NCBI GenBank assembly: GCA_963809485.1
Contig: CAWEJX010000008.1
Location: 192,001 to 256,000 of the forward strand
Reading direction: 5' to 3'
Origin: an uncultured Acidobacteriota bacterium
Lineage (GTDB): Bacteria > Acidobacteriota > UBA6911
Length of the DNA: 64,000 nucleotides
The position numbers were made by a program, and so were the translations under genes. Below, piece by piece: positions 29,268 to 38,782 of this stretch. Each line of letters opens with the position of its first letter. Position 1 is the stretch's first letter. The notes beneath the pieces are model-generated. The model searched no databases. It was not told the origin of the DNA and saw only the letters and a list, made by a program, of their open reading frames with translations.

Positions 29268-29300
29268 CGGTGCGGCGTGGCGGAGCGCCACGCGCACCGG
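29268..29300 (-). terminator. Stem-loop right after the GRE gene (partial terminator or mRNA stabiliser)
   Basis: ccggtgcg-g-cgtggcg-gag-cgccacg-cgcaccgg hairpin. Confidence 0.55.
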
Positions 29301-29318
29301 CGCCACCTTTCCTCAGCA

Positions 29319-31733
29319 CTAGCCGAAACTCTGCTCCGTGCGTGCGATGATTTCGTTCTGAACGCCAGGATGCAGCCTTGTGAAGAAAGCGCTGAAACCG
29401 GCTACCCGAACCACGAGGTCAGGGTACTTTTCCGGGTGTTTCTGCGCGTCCCTCAGGATGTTGGTGTCCAGCACATTGAACTGAATGTGATAGCCGTCGT
29501 GGTCCATGTAGGTCTTGACGAGGTTCAGGACATTCTCCCGGCCCTTGCGGGTTTTGAGCTGATTGGGGGGGAGCTTCAAGTTCATGTGCGTCGCGGTGAA
29601 CTTGATCGCGTCCGCACCCTTCGCTGCGGACATGACCAGCGCGGTCGGCCCGGTGACGTCGGTTCCGGGCATGGCCGACAGGCTGCCATCGGTGAGCGCC
29701 ACGCCGGCCTTTTTGCCGGTGGGCAGGGCCCCGGTCATCAGACCCATCAGGTTGTGGATGCTCTTAGTGTAGGAGTCAGGCGCCGATCTGATGTCCCGGC
29801 TGATGTAATTGCCGCCCCCCTCCACGTTCTGGAAGGCTTGGAAGATGGTCTCGTACACCCGGTGGACGAGCTTGTTGACCTCGGGGATGTCGTTTCCATG
29901 CTTGGGCGCTTCGAAGCACATCTTCCCGACGCGCTCGTATTCCCCCTCGAAGTTGGCCGCCAGGGCCTTCTTGAGCTCGGCCATGGTCAACTTCTTCGTG
30001 TCGTACACGAGGTGCTTCACCGCCATAAGCCCGTTGGCGGCGTCGACGCCGCCAACCGTGATCTGGGCGACCGTGTAGTAGTTGGCTCCACCGTTCCAGA
30101 CCTCGGTGCCGGTTTCGATGCAGCCCCCGGTGAGGATGGAGCGCCAAGTGACCGGCAGATACTCGGCACACAGAATGCTCGCGATCCACGCCTCGCGGCG
30201 GAGCGTGTCCTCGCAGAACTGGAGCTGCTTCTCGAAGGCCGCGTACAGCTCCTCGAAGTCCTTGAAGGACTCTGGATCGCCGGTCTTAGGTCCGATCTGC
30301 TGCTTGGTGCGAGGGTCAAACCCGTTGTTCAGGGTGAGCTCGAGGACCTTCCCCAGGTTGGGCTGCCCCTCCACGGGATGCCCCGTCTCGTAAGGGATGT
30401 AGCTTCCCACGCACGCCCCGATGCAGGTCCGTCGTGCCTTCTCGAGGGTGAGCCCCTTTTTGCTGTTCGCGAAGAGGTTCAAGGCTCGCTTGATCATCAC
30501 GTCGCCGTTGACGAACTGCGGCATGCCGACCCCGGTATCGATGACGTCGAGGACCTTTTCGAGGAACTTGCCGCTCATCTTCTCGGTGTAGCAGCAGGAC
30601 AGCGGCGGCTGGGGCAGCTTCAGGTACTTGGCGGCATCGAGGATCAGGTAGTCCATCTCCGCCGTGGCGTCGTCTCCATCCTCGGTGAAGCCTCCGAGGG
30701 TGATGCTCTGGCCGAGGTCCGCGGAGTTCTGGATCTTGACATACTCACCGTAGTAATAACCGATCTCGTTCAGCTTGATGAACAGGTGCTTCAGCAGGGT
30801 GGTGGCTTCCTCCGGACCGATCCGGCCGGCCGCCTTGTCACTCTGATAGAACGGCTCGAGGTTCTGGCCCAGGTAGGCCTCCGAGTAGCCGCATCCGACC
30901 TGCTCGATCTCCGCGCAGATGTGGCACAGGAAGTGGCACTGAAGGGCCTCCCGCAGCGTCCGGGCAGGATGCTCGGGCACGTGTTCGCAGACCTCGGCGA
31001 TGTCGAGCAGCTCCTGCTTCCGCTCGCCGTTCTTTTCCTTCGCCGCCATCTCCCGGGCCAGCTCGGCGTACCGGTTGGCCAGTCGGATGATGGCCCTCAT
31101 CGTGATCAGACAGGCCTCGTAGAAGTAGAACTTGGAAGCATTCGGCAGCCGCATGTCGAGGGCCTTCTGCCGCTCCTCGACTTCCTTGATCATGCTGGCC
31201 AGGCCTTCTCTGTAGACGCGGGGGTAGTTCAGGTTGCCTCCGCCGCCCGGCCACGACATGAACTCGGCGATGAGGCCGGACTTGTAGACCGGGTCCGGAT
31301 CGAAGCCGTACTTCTTGATGAAGATCTCATCGGCCCGCGGCCGCAGCGCCCACTTGTCCCAGTACTCGAGCGCCCACTGGTTCGCCTTCCGGTCCTCCGG
31401 GGTCTTCGAGTTCTCGACCGTCTTCTCCTGCTTCATCCACTCCACGTTCCATTCCGGATACGTGTAGACTGCATTGACGCTGCTCGCCATGCTGCCCACG
31501 ATGAGGTTGTCATCGATGTACAGCTTCTTCCTCTCAATCAACTGTTCGAAGAACTTTGCCCGGCGGATGATTTGCTGATAGCCGGCTGTGCCCTCGTAGA
31601 CCTCCGCCATGATGCGGACCCGCTCGTTGTCGATCTCCTGGGGCGTGTTTATGAGCTGAGCCTTCAGCCGATCGATCCGCGCGTCATCGGCTTTAATCTT
31701 ACCGGTGGATTGCTTGCTGGTTTCCGTTTTCAT
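29319..31733 (-). CDS. Glycyl-radical enzyme (PFL superfamily) of unknown specificity
   Basis: 804 aa from ATG 31733 with GGAGA RBS. Gly loop HIQFNV..DAQKHPEKYPDLVVRVAGFSAFF..QNEIIART; Cys loop TCIGACVGS; PARTLREALQ; GMPQFVN. Confidence 0.95.
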   Translation of the reverse strand: MKTETSKQSTGKIKADDARIDRLKAQLINTPQEIDNERVRIMAEVYEGTAGYQQIIRRAKFFEQLIERKKLYIDDNLIVGSMASSVNAVYTYPEWNVEWMKQEKTVENSKTPEDRKANQWALEYWDKWALRPRADEIFIKKYGFDPDPVYKSGLIAEFMSWPGGGGNLNYPRVYREGLASMIKEVEERQKALDMRLPNASKFYFYEACLITMRAIIRLANRYAELAREMAAKEKNGERKQELLDIAEVCEHVPEHPARTLREALQCHFLCHICAEIEQVGCGYSEAYLGQNLEPFYQSDKAAGRIGPEEATTLLKHLFIKLNEIGYYYGEYVKIQNSADLGQSITLGGFTEDGDDATAEMDYLILDAAKYLKLPQPPLSCCYTEKMSGKFLEKVLDVIDTGVGMPQFVNGDVMIKRALNLFANSKKGLTLEKARRTCIGACVGSYIPYETGHPVEGQPNLGKVLELTLNNGFDPRTKQQIGPKTGDPESFKDFEELYAAFEKQLQFCEDTLRREAWIASILCAEYLPVTWRSILTGGCIETGTEVWNGGANYYTVAQITVGGVDAANGLMAVKHLVYDTKKLTMAELKKALAANFEGEYERVGKMCFEAPKHGNDIPEVNKLVHRVYETIFQAFQNVEGGGNYISRDIRSAPDSYTKSIHNLMGLMTGALPTGKKAGVALTDGSLSAMPGTDVTGPTALVMSAAKGADAIKFTATHMNLKLPPNQLKTRKGRENVLNLVKTYMDHDGYHIQFNVLDTNILRDAQKHPEKYPDLVVRVAGFSAFFTRLHPGVQNEIIARTEQSFG

Positions 31734-31904
31734 TGTGTTGTCTCCTATCGCTGAATTTTGAAGTAGCTTGTTTGGGTATTGTTGCTCATTATGTGACCGG
31801 CGATGATGGCTGTTTCCCATTGAATGCAGGACCGGCCTCCTGCATAAACTGCGCCGAGGTTTATTGAAACCGCTTGCCAACGATTCGATCCTCTGTTACG
31901 AAAT

Positions 31905-31920
31905 AGCATGTTTGTTTCCA
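31905..31920 (-). promoter_or_regulatory. Possible sigma-54 promoter upstream of the GRE
   Basis: Minus strand TGGAAACAAACATGCT = GG-N10-GC; weak match to consensus. Confidence 0.35.
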
Positions 31921-31923
31921 TGG

Positions 31924-32315
31924 TCATTTACTCCTGTCGTGGGATGTGGCTGCCGCAATGGCAAGTAGCAGGGCATCCCGATCGACCGGTTTCTTCATGT
32001 AAGCCGAAGCGCCGAGTACCCGCGCCCGCTCTGCCGCACCGAGCTCGTCATGAGCGGTGATGACAATGACTGGCACATTGATGTGGCTTGAGTTGAAAGC
32101 CTCCAGCACGTCGAAACCACTAACCTGCGGCATCTGCAGGTCCAGCAGCAATAGATCGAGTGAGTGTGAATCCAGGGACGGCAAGGAGAGTTCGCCCCCT
32201 CATACTCCTCGACATGAAAATCCCGGCCGGTCAGCAATCGGCGAAGGGCCTTTCGCATTTCCGGCTCGTTGTCCGGAACCGCAATAACTGGTGGTGTAGT
32301 TTGCGCCTTTGGCAT
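31924..32315 (-). CDS. Single-domain receiver, paralogue of 17508-17900 (frameshifted, possibly a pseudogene)
   Basis: MPKAQTTPPVIAVPDNEPEMRKALRRLL, then in another frame LLLDLQMP..ITAHD..KKPVDRD. Confidence 0.8.
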
Positions 32316-32319
32316 TGCA

Positions 32320-32383
32320 GCAAAAGCCTATAGGAAATCGGTAATGCCATGCTACTAGACCTTAGTATAGTCCCCTATTTCAG
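32320..32383 (-). promoter_or_regulatory. Conserved promoter cassette, copy 2
   Basis: Near-identical to 17905-17970; box CTAGAC-CTTA-GTATAG. Confidence 0.8.
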
Positions 32384-32531
32384 GCTCTTTCACCCGCTGG
32401 ACGAATCCATCCGCTGGACGTAATCCATCCGCTGGACGTAATCGGCTCTTTTTGCAGCCCACGGAATCCGAAATCGCCGACCCCGTGCACGGCAACGGCT
32501 GCGTCCATGGGGCTCATCCGGTATTTCCGGC

Positions 32532-33912
32532 TTAAAGGCCAAGGTAGTACAGCCACATATCCATTCTCAACATGATGCGGCCGATTATGTGAAACGAGGT
32601 GACGTACTTTGTTAAAATGACCATCTCGCCGGTCGCGCCCAGATTGAGCGGCAGCGCTTTCCGGGACTCCTCATCCAGTGCCACCTTCACCGCAAAAAGC
32701 TGCAGGTCGGACTCGCTCGGCGTCACCGGAGTCACCATCCCATTGATCGGAAGTTGGCCCTGGCCGACAGCCCGGACGACGTGCTCCACCTTGCCTCGGA
32801 AGACGCGGCCCGGATAGAACCGGAAGATCATCTCGACCTGATCCCCAGCCTCGACCAACCCCAGCTTGCTCTGTTCGAACAGCCCGTAAATCCACCAATC
32901 GTCCGTGCTTACCAGGCTCAGAACCGGCTGGTTCAATCCCGCAATGTACCCTTCCTTCAATTGCACGTCGGGGATGAAACCATTGGCGGGCGCGTAGACT
33001 ATGGACTCCTTCATTTTCCACTCGGCGCCGGCGAGGTTCGCTTTAACCTGGACGACACTGGAATGCTCTCCCTCAATTGTCGAATTGACGTTGAGCGCCG
33101 CGATGTCCTGCTGATTCTTAGCCTGACGAATCGCCTGTTCGGAGAGCGTTACCTTTTCAAGGGACTGTTTGAGGCCCTGTTCGGCCATCTCCTTGTTCCG
33201 GATCGCCTGTTGCATGTTCAGCTCAGCCACAGCCTGCTGGCCGATCGCCTGGTTGAGCGCCTCCTGGCTGATATCGCGCTTGGCTTTGGCGCTGTCCAGG
33301 TCCTGGGCCGCGACGGCCCCCTCCTCGAATGACTTTTGCATCCGTTCCAGCGTAGACCGGGCGAGCGCCAGGTCTACCTCGCGCTGCTTTACGCCCAAGC
33401 GGGCCACCTCGACATTCTTCTCGCTCTGCTCGATGGCGGCCTGGGCTTGGGCGACGTCCTTTTCGGCCTGGCTCGCGGCCAGTTCGGCAACCGCCAGATC
33501 CTTCTGCCGCTGAATCACGGCGGATCTGGCCGAATCGAGGGTTGGGGTTAGCTGCCGCGCTTTCTGCTGCGTATCTACCAGCGCACCTTTCAACGATTCG
33601 ACATCGTACCGGTACGGATCGGAGTCGACCTCAAACAGCTTATCGCCCATTTTCACAGCTTGCGACCCTTTGACGTAGACCTTGGTGACGCGTCCGCCGG
33701 ACCGCGATCCGAGCGGAATGACGTAGGTGGTGACCCGCAGGTTGCTGGTCATCGGCGATGTACGCTGAATGGTGAACCAGATAGCCAGTATCGCAATCAG
33801 GCCGATGCACAGCGACAATGATCTGGCGGGTCCTCGTGAACTCCATCAATTTCAGTTTGTAGAAGGCCAACCAGACAAAGCCGGCGTAAATCAGGGCTAG
33901 CATGATCAGCAT
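32532..33912 (-). CDS. HlyD-family membrane fusion protein (YiaV/YibH-like), frameshift near 33815
   Basis: N-terminal TM segments, GRVTKVYVK..VKMGDKLFEVD, long coiled coil, VYAPANG, GRVFRGKV. Confidence 0.88.
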
Positions 33913-33962
33913 TGTCGAGTTCCTCCATGGGCGTATGCGGCGGCGTTATCACGCCGCTGGCT

Positions 33963-34229
33963 TCAATTGGCCTCGGCCGATTCCGGCTCCTCGGGCGGCG
34001 AAGCAATCGGTGCAGGCCTGGGCCTGATGTAGGCCCAGACCAATGCCACGGCCCACACGATTCCACCCGTCAACAGTCCCAGCCATCCCATTACCCTGAT
34101 GGCATCCGCCTGCCGATGTTGGCGCTGCCTGGCAATCCGGCCCGGCAAACCCCCGAGGCGGACGAGCACATAAATCACAGACACGGTGACAAAGAGCAGA
34201 ACGAGCAATGCCATGATGTTCAGCGCCAT
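33963..34229 (-). CDS. DUF3302 (YiaW/YibI-like) membrane protein
   Basis: LPGRIARQRQHRQADAIRVMGWLG..W..ALVWAY. Confidence 0.88.
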   Translation of the reverse strand: MALNIMALLVLLFVTVSVIYVLVRLGGLPGRIARQRQHRQADAIRVMGWLGLLTGGIVWAVALVWAYIRPRPAPIASPPEEPESAEAN

Positions 34230-34297
34230 AACGCCCTCTTTATCCGGATGATCGAAGCAAATATCTTCAAGGCTATATCGAACTTCATTGCTTGAAA

Positions 34298-35786
34298 CTA
34301 AAAACCTCCGCCCAAAGCCTTGTAAAGCTGGGTCACAGCCACGACCTGGGCTAACCTGATGCGCGCCTCGCCGAGTTGAGCGCTATAAAGCTCCCGCTGA
34401 GAGTCGAGCACGGGGAGGAAGCTCGACAAGCCGCTGCGGAAACGAGACTCCGCAACCTGGCTGGCCCGGCGGAAGGCGGCCACATAGGCCTCCTGCTGAA
34501 GGAGCGATTCCCGCGCCTTACGGTGGGCCACCAGCGAATCCTCCACCTCCCGGAATGCCTGCTGGATCACCTGCTCGTACTGGATCAGCGACTGTTGCCG
34601 CAGCGCCTCAGCCGCCTTCACGGACGATTTGATCGCCCCGCCTGCGAAGAGGGGCTGGGCAATCTTGAGGGGAAATTGGTAAAAACCGCTTCCGCCGGTG
34701 AACAGGCCTGACAATTGCGAACTCTCCGTTCCCAGCGGCCCGGTCAGGCTGATCGCGGGGAAATAGGCCGCCTTAGCCACGCCGATCTGCGCATTGCTCG
34801 CAACCAGGATCTGTTCTGCTGAGCGGATATCGGGGCGCCGCTCGATCAATGACGAGGGCAAACCCGCCGGCACATCGGGCGGCACGGTGAAATCCTTCAG
34901 CTCGAAGCCGCGCCCGATGGGGCCGGGATACTGTCCGACCAGGATGCTGAGCGCGTTTTCGGTCTGGGAAATCGCGCGCTCGAGATCGGGAAGCGCGGCG
35001 GCGGTCGCAGCTACTGCGCCTTCGGCCTGCCGCAGATCCAGCTCGTTGGTAAGACCATTGCCATAGAGCACTCCCACGATCCGGGCCGTCTCCTGCCGGG
35101 TGGCGAGCGTGTTTCGGGTGATCTGCAGTTCGAGATCGAGTTCGCGCAGCTGGAGATAGGTCTGCGCAACGCTGCTCACCAGCGATATCGCGACCGCCTG
35201 GCGCACCTCTTCCGTCGCAAGCAATTCGCGCCCGAGCCGCCTCGGTCGCCCGGCGGTATTTGCCCCATAGATCTATCTCCCAGGCAAAGGTGAACCCGAC
35301 CCGGTACAACTGGGTCCTGCGGTCTTCTCCTTCCGGGACCGGACGGCCGCCGGTCTCGCTGCCGAGAGTGCCCGTGGCGCTGGCAGCCGCGCCGACCTGC
35401 GGATATCGGCCCGCGCCCACGATGCCCAATTGCGCGCGGGCCGCGTCAACTCGCGCGACAGCCAGCCTCAGGTCTTTGTTCTGATCAAGCGCAAGGCGAA
35501 TCAGTACTTGCAGTTGCGGGTCCTTGAAGAGGTCCCACCATTTCATGTCAACCAGCGGCGCCTGGTCTTTCGCAATCGTCGCCGCGCGGTAATCGGCGGG
35601 GATTTCCACCTTGGGACGCTTATAGTTGGGTCCGACCAAACAGCCGTTTTGCACAAGCATCAGAACCAGAAACGCTGCGCACAGTCTCTTTCCATCGATC
35701 CGTGCAATTACGCCCTCTAAACATGCCCCGACACGCTTCTTTGCCCCATAGTTCATCGCTGCGATCATTGGTGGTGTTGTTTGCAT
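34298..35786 (-). CDS. NodT/OprM-type outer-membrane efflux lipoprotein, frameshift near 35225
   Basis: GCLVGPNYKRP lipobox, WWDLFKDPQL, WEIDLWGK, RRPDIRSAE, LYKALGGG. Confidence 0.9.
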
Positions 35787-35793
35787 CGCGTCA

Positions 35794-35853
35794 GAAGCCT
35801 ATAGGAAATCGGTAATGCAATGCTACTAGACCTTAGTGTAGTCCCCTATTTCA
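35794..35853 (-). promoter_or_regulatory. Conserved promoter cassette, copy 3
   Basis: Near-identical to copies 1 and 2. Confidence 0.8.
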
Positions 35854-36184
35854 GTCTCTCTCATCCAGCAGACGTGGACGTTGACGTGGTCTTGGGCGTA
35901 ACCGGTTTATTGTTTCGCAGTCCATTGAACCCAAACCACGGTCCCCGTCTACGGCAACGCGCACGCCCACCTCCAGGAGATCAGGCACGGATTTTAAGAG
36001 AATACCCTCGAGGTAGTTCGGTCAAAATCACAGCCACTTGTGCGAGAAAGGGAGCAAAAGGATCGGCGATTTAGGCAGCTTCAACAGGCGAGGCGCTGGG
36101 ATTCCTATCCAGGGATGACATCAGGTCTGCCGGGAAAATGACGACGAGCCAACGATCCCCCGCAATTCTCCCGTCATTCATTTC

Positions 36185-36988
36185 TCATTTAATAAACAAC
36201 ATCTCGGACAGGAAATCGCGGGTCAGAAGGGCTGCGTCCTGCGGCCGATCCAGGAATGGACGGACATCGGCCGCGACGGCCTTCATATCGAGCGATGCCA
36301 ATTTGTCTTCCACCAGCTGCCGCCATTCGTGGGCTTTGCATTTGCCGGCCCCATAAGTTTGGTTCAAGGCTTTCTGAAGCAATTTCACGTTCACCTCGAT
36401 TGGCGGACGCTGCGTCAGGTACCACATGAGATCGTACCAGTCTCGCCCCTTGGCGTATTTTCGGGTGATGACTGCATGGATCTTACCGGCCAGCATGGAC
36501 GGCAGGTCGTAATATTGCAGCAGGAAGGTCACATTGCGCGTGATAATCCGTCGTTCGCAATGCGCCCCCGCCGGCGGACGCGTATCGATTTCCAATTTGA
36601 TGGCCAGCTTTTGCTCCGGCATTGCGGATAGCCCGGCCTCGTAAAGGAGGCCGGCCAGCCGGATCCACCCTGTATGGACGGCCTTGCGGTCATTCCAGGT
36701 TACCAGCGGATCGAATCCTGCCAGCGACATATCGCGCTTCACCTTCGCCATCCATTCCATTCCCGAGTAGCCTTTTGCTGAAACCATCGAGAAATCCAGA
36801 TCTTCTGAAAACCGTGGCAGGCCGTGCAGGAAACGCAAAGCCGTGCCTCCGACAAATGCCAAAGGTCGAAAGGCTTCGCACTCATGTAACGATCTCAATG
36901 CAAGCGTTTGCAGATACTCCCTCAAGAGGTTGAGAGCCTGTCCGGGGTCCCTGGCCGTGCGTGCTAATGCCAGCGCCTGCTCCTTCAT
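36185..36988 (-). CDS. abiEii: AbiEii-family nucleotidyltransferase toxin (type IV toxin-antitoxin)
   Basis: FVGGTAL..LPRFSEDLDFS, IKLEID, GKIHA..KGRDWYDL. Confidence 0.9.
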   Translation of the reverse strand: MKEQALALARTARDPGQALNLLREYLQTLALRSLHECEAFRPLAFVGGTALRFLHGLPRFSEDLDFSMVSAKGYSGMEWMAKVKRDMSLAGFDPLVTWNDRKAVHTGWIRLAGLLYEAGLSAMPEQKLAIKLEIDTRPPAGAHCERRIITRNVTFLLQYYDLPSMLAGKIHAVITRKYAKGRDWYDLMWYLTQRPPIEVNVKLLQKALNQTYGAGKCKAHEWRQLVEDKLASLDMKAVAADVRPFLDRPQDAALLTRDFLSEMLFIK

Positions 36989-37626
36989 ACTGTTACCGTT
37001 CCCTTCTCCTCTTCGGCTGCTAATAGGATCCATCGCTCAACCGTCCGGCAAAGGCGGGGACTTTGAAAACGGTCTGCGTAAGCTCTGAGTTTGTCTTCGC
37101 ATACCTGTTGACAATTCTGGTATCGCATTTCCTCAAGACGCTCTTGAGTCCACTCTCCAGGAGTGAGATGCCAGTGATCCAATAATGCCTTTTCCGGTTC
37201 CGCCACCAGAACCTCCTTCCCGCTATATTGAACCGTTACGTATCCGAAAAAAACCTTCTGTTTAATGCTGCGGTAATCGAAAGTCCCGAACGGATTTTCA
37301 AAACGTCGCGGGACGCGCGGCGTCGCACTCGTCAACCACACCACACGCTCAGGAATCAGGTCATAGTAACCCAGAGCCCACAAGCCGCTCAGGTATGACG
37401 GGCGATACAGCTGATTTGCCAGCCTCGCCGGAACAAGCGATGCCCGGCGATAGGTGTCGGACAGCGTGTATATTCCGCGCCGTAAGCCGATGACCTTGCC
37501 ATCCTTCATCCAGCGGGACAGTTGCACCCGGATTCCCTCGCGTGGTCCCTTAAATCCCTGAACCAGCAACGGCAAATCGAAGCATTCCATCGCTCCCACG
37601 AGTTCCACAAGCGCTTCGTATTTCAT
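36985..37626 (-). CDS. abiEi: AbiEi-family antitoxin/transcriptional regulator
   Basis: QLSRW..LRRGIY..PSYLS..ALGYYDLIPE, AEPEKALLD; 4-bp overlap with the toxin. Confidence 0.88.
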   Translation of the reverse strand: MKYEALVELVGAMECFDLPLLVQGFKGPREGIRVQLSRWMKDGKVIGLRRGIYTLSDTYRRASLVPARLANQLYRPSYLSGLWALGYYDLIPERVVWLTSATPRVPRRFENPFGTFDYRSIKQKVFFGYVTVQYSGKEVLVAEPEKALLDHWHLTPGEWTQERLEEMRYQNCQQVCEDKLRAYADRFQSPRLCRTVERWILLAAEEEKGTVTV

Positions 37627-37635
37627 ATGTAAAAG

Positions 37636-37668
37636 ATAACATATATGTTATTTATTGTATATAAATAA
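37636..37668. promoter_or_regulatory. Probable AbiE autoregulatory operator
   Basis: Perfect 16-bp palindrome ATAACATATATGTTAT plus overlapping TTATTTAT-N5-ATAAATAA just upstream of abiEi. Confidence 0.65.
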
Positions 37669-37769
37669 TCAGAGGGTTTGAGCCTGATACCGTCAACATC
37701 TTCAGGGATTGCGCCACAATAAATAACTGAAAGCAATACCGATAGATACAATATTATATGCAAAAATCC

Positions 37770-37866
37770 CGGACGTGGACGTAGTCGGATTTTTGTTTTG
37801 CAGTCCCTTTAGCCCGAAACGGCCGTCCACGTCTACGTTCACGTGCACGTCAACGTCCACGTTCAC
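37770..37866. repeat. (GTGGAC)n-core-(GTCCAC)n hairpin element
   Basis: Inverted hexamer arrays around the conserved core tcggatttt..gcag.cccttt..cccgaaacggcc. Confidence 0.8.
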
Positions 37867-37889
37867 GAAATCTGGCCTGCCGCGTCCCA

Positions 37890-37985
37890 TCAGATCCTCA
37901 TCATTTTGGATAGCATCGAGACGATTCGTTCGAGGAGATCGTGGCCTTTATCCAGAATTTCGGCATTGGCTGGACCGTGCAGGCA
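37890..37985 (-). pseudogene. C-terminal remnant of a four-helix-bundle (23S IVS/bAvd-like) protein
   Basis: AEILDKGHDLLERIVSMLSKM resembles the last helix of that family; sits between two hairpin repeats. Confidence 0.55.
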
Positions 37986-38007
37986 TCTTGGGCGATATTT
38001 TCTTTGT

Positions 38008-38112
38008 GTGGACGTGGTCGTGGACGTGGACGTAATCGGATTTTTGTCCCGCAGCCCTTTGGGCCCGAAACGGCCGTCCACGTCCACGTGCACGACCACG
38101 TCTACGTCCACG
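38008..38112. repeat. (GTGGAC)n-core-(GTCCAC)n hairpin element
   Basis: Direct copy of 37770-37866. Confidence 0.8.
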
Positions 38113-38164
38113 AACCTGCGAAACTTTGTGGGAAATTCGATGGGAACTGGGCTGGAAGGTGCGG

Positions 38165-38782
38165 CTATTTTCCGATGCCGAGTCGCTCGGCAACGCGCAC
38201 AAGATCCGCGAGCGAGTCGACTCCCATCTTCCTCATGATCTGAGCGCGGTGCAGCTTGATATTCTGTTCTCCGGTTCCGAGGTCGAAAGCAATTTGCTTA
38301 TTGAGTTGCCCGGCGACGACATGCTTCATGACTTCGCGCTGCCGTGGCGTGAGGCTGGCCAGTCTGGCCGCCAATGCCGCGGTTTCAGCGGCCGCCTGAC
38401 GCCGGGTCTCGGCCATCTGCAGGGCTGCGCGCACAGCCTGGACCAGTGCGGCCGCGTCGACCGGCTTGGTCAGAAACTCCGTCGCGCCGGCCTTGATCGC
38501 GCGCACGCTCATGGGAATGTCACCGTGACCGGTGAGAAATATGATGGGTATGAGAATGCCCTGGTGTGTGAGACGCCGCTGCAACTCCAATCCGTCCAAC
38601 TCCGGCATCGACACGTCCAGCACAAGACAAGCGTTGTTCCCCGGGCGGCACGTTTCCAGGAATGCGCTCACGGATGTAAAACCAAGCGTCTCGAATCGCC
38701 TCGCCCGCAGCAAGCGCATAAGCGCCTTGACCATTTCAGGCTCGTCGTCGAGAACATATACCACACCGTCTGGAGTGCTCAT
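38165..38782 (-). CDS. FixJ/NodW/TodT-family response regulator (REC + LuxR HTH)
   Basis: VLDDE, LDVSMP, FLTGHGDIPMSVRAIKAGA, LTPRQREV..NKQIA..HRAQIMRKM. Confidence 0.93.
   Translation of the reverse strand: MSTPDGVVYVLDDEPEMVKALMRLLRARRFETLGFTSVSAFLETCRPGNNACLVLDVSMPELDGLELQRRLTHQGILIPIIFLTGHGDIPMSVRAIKAGATEFLTKPVDAAALVQAVRAALQMAETRRQAAAETAALAARLASLTPRQREVMKHVVAGQLNKQIAFDLGTGEQNIKLHRAQIMRKMGVDSLADLVRVAERLGIGK

Noticed and set aside
29319-31733. Calling the GRE pyruvate formate-lyase, benzylsuccinate synthase or isethionate sulfite-lyase
   Set aside because: It lacks the PFL Cys-Cys pair, the BssB/C small subunits and the Cys+2 Glu of eliminases; no gene symbol is justified.
29247-31754. 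835-aa plus-strand ORF and similar long antisense ORFs (e.g. 854-2053, 12067-13242, 22157-23278)
   Set aside because: Shadow frames of well-supported minus-strand genes in GC-rich DNA; no recognisable motifs.
31844-31864. ATAAAC-N9-GTTTAT upstream of the GRE as a TodT box
   Set aside because: The half-sites match but the spacer is 9 rather than 4 bp; it may be an operator but cannot be assigned.
32395-32445. Short tandem repeats as a CRISPR array
   Set aside because: Repeats are 17-18 bp and adjacent, with no unique spacers and no cas genes. No CRISPR array was seen in the window.
37890-37985. bAvd-like remnant as evidence of a diversity-generating retroelement
   Set aside because: No reverse transcriptase and no TR/VR pair with adenine-specific mismatches; paralogue differences in the window do not look A-biased.
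37702-38243. ORFs encoding VDVDVHV or TSTSTTT low-complexity peptides
   Set aside because: They are translations of the GTGGAC/GTCCAC repeat, not credible genes.
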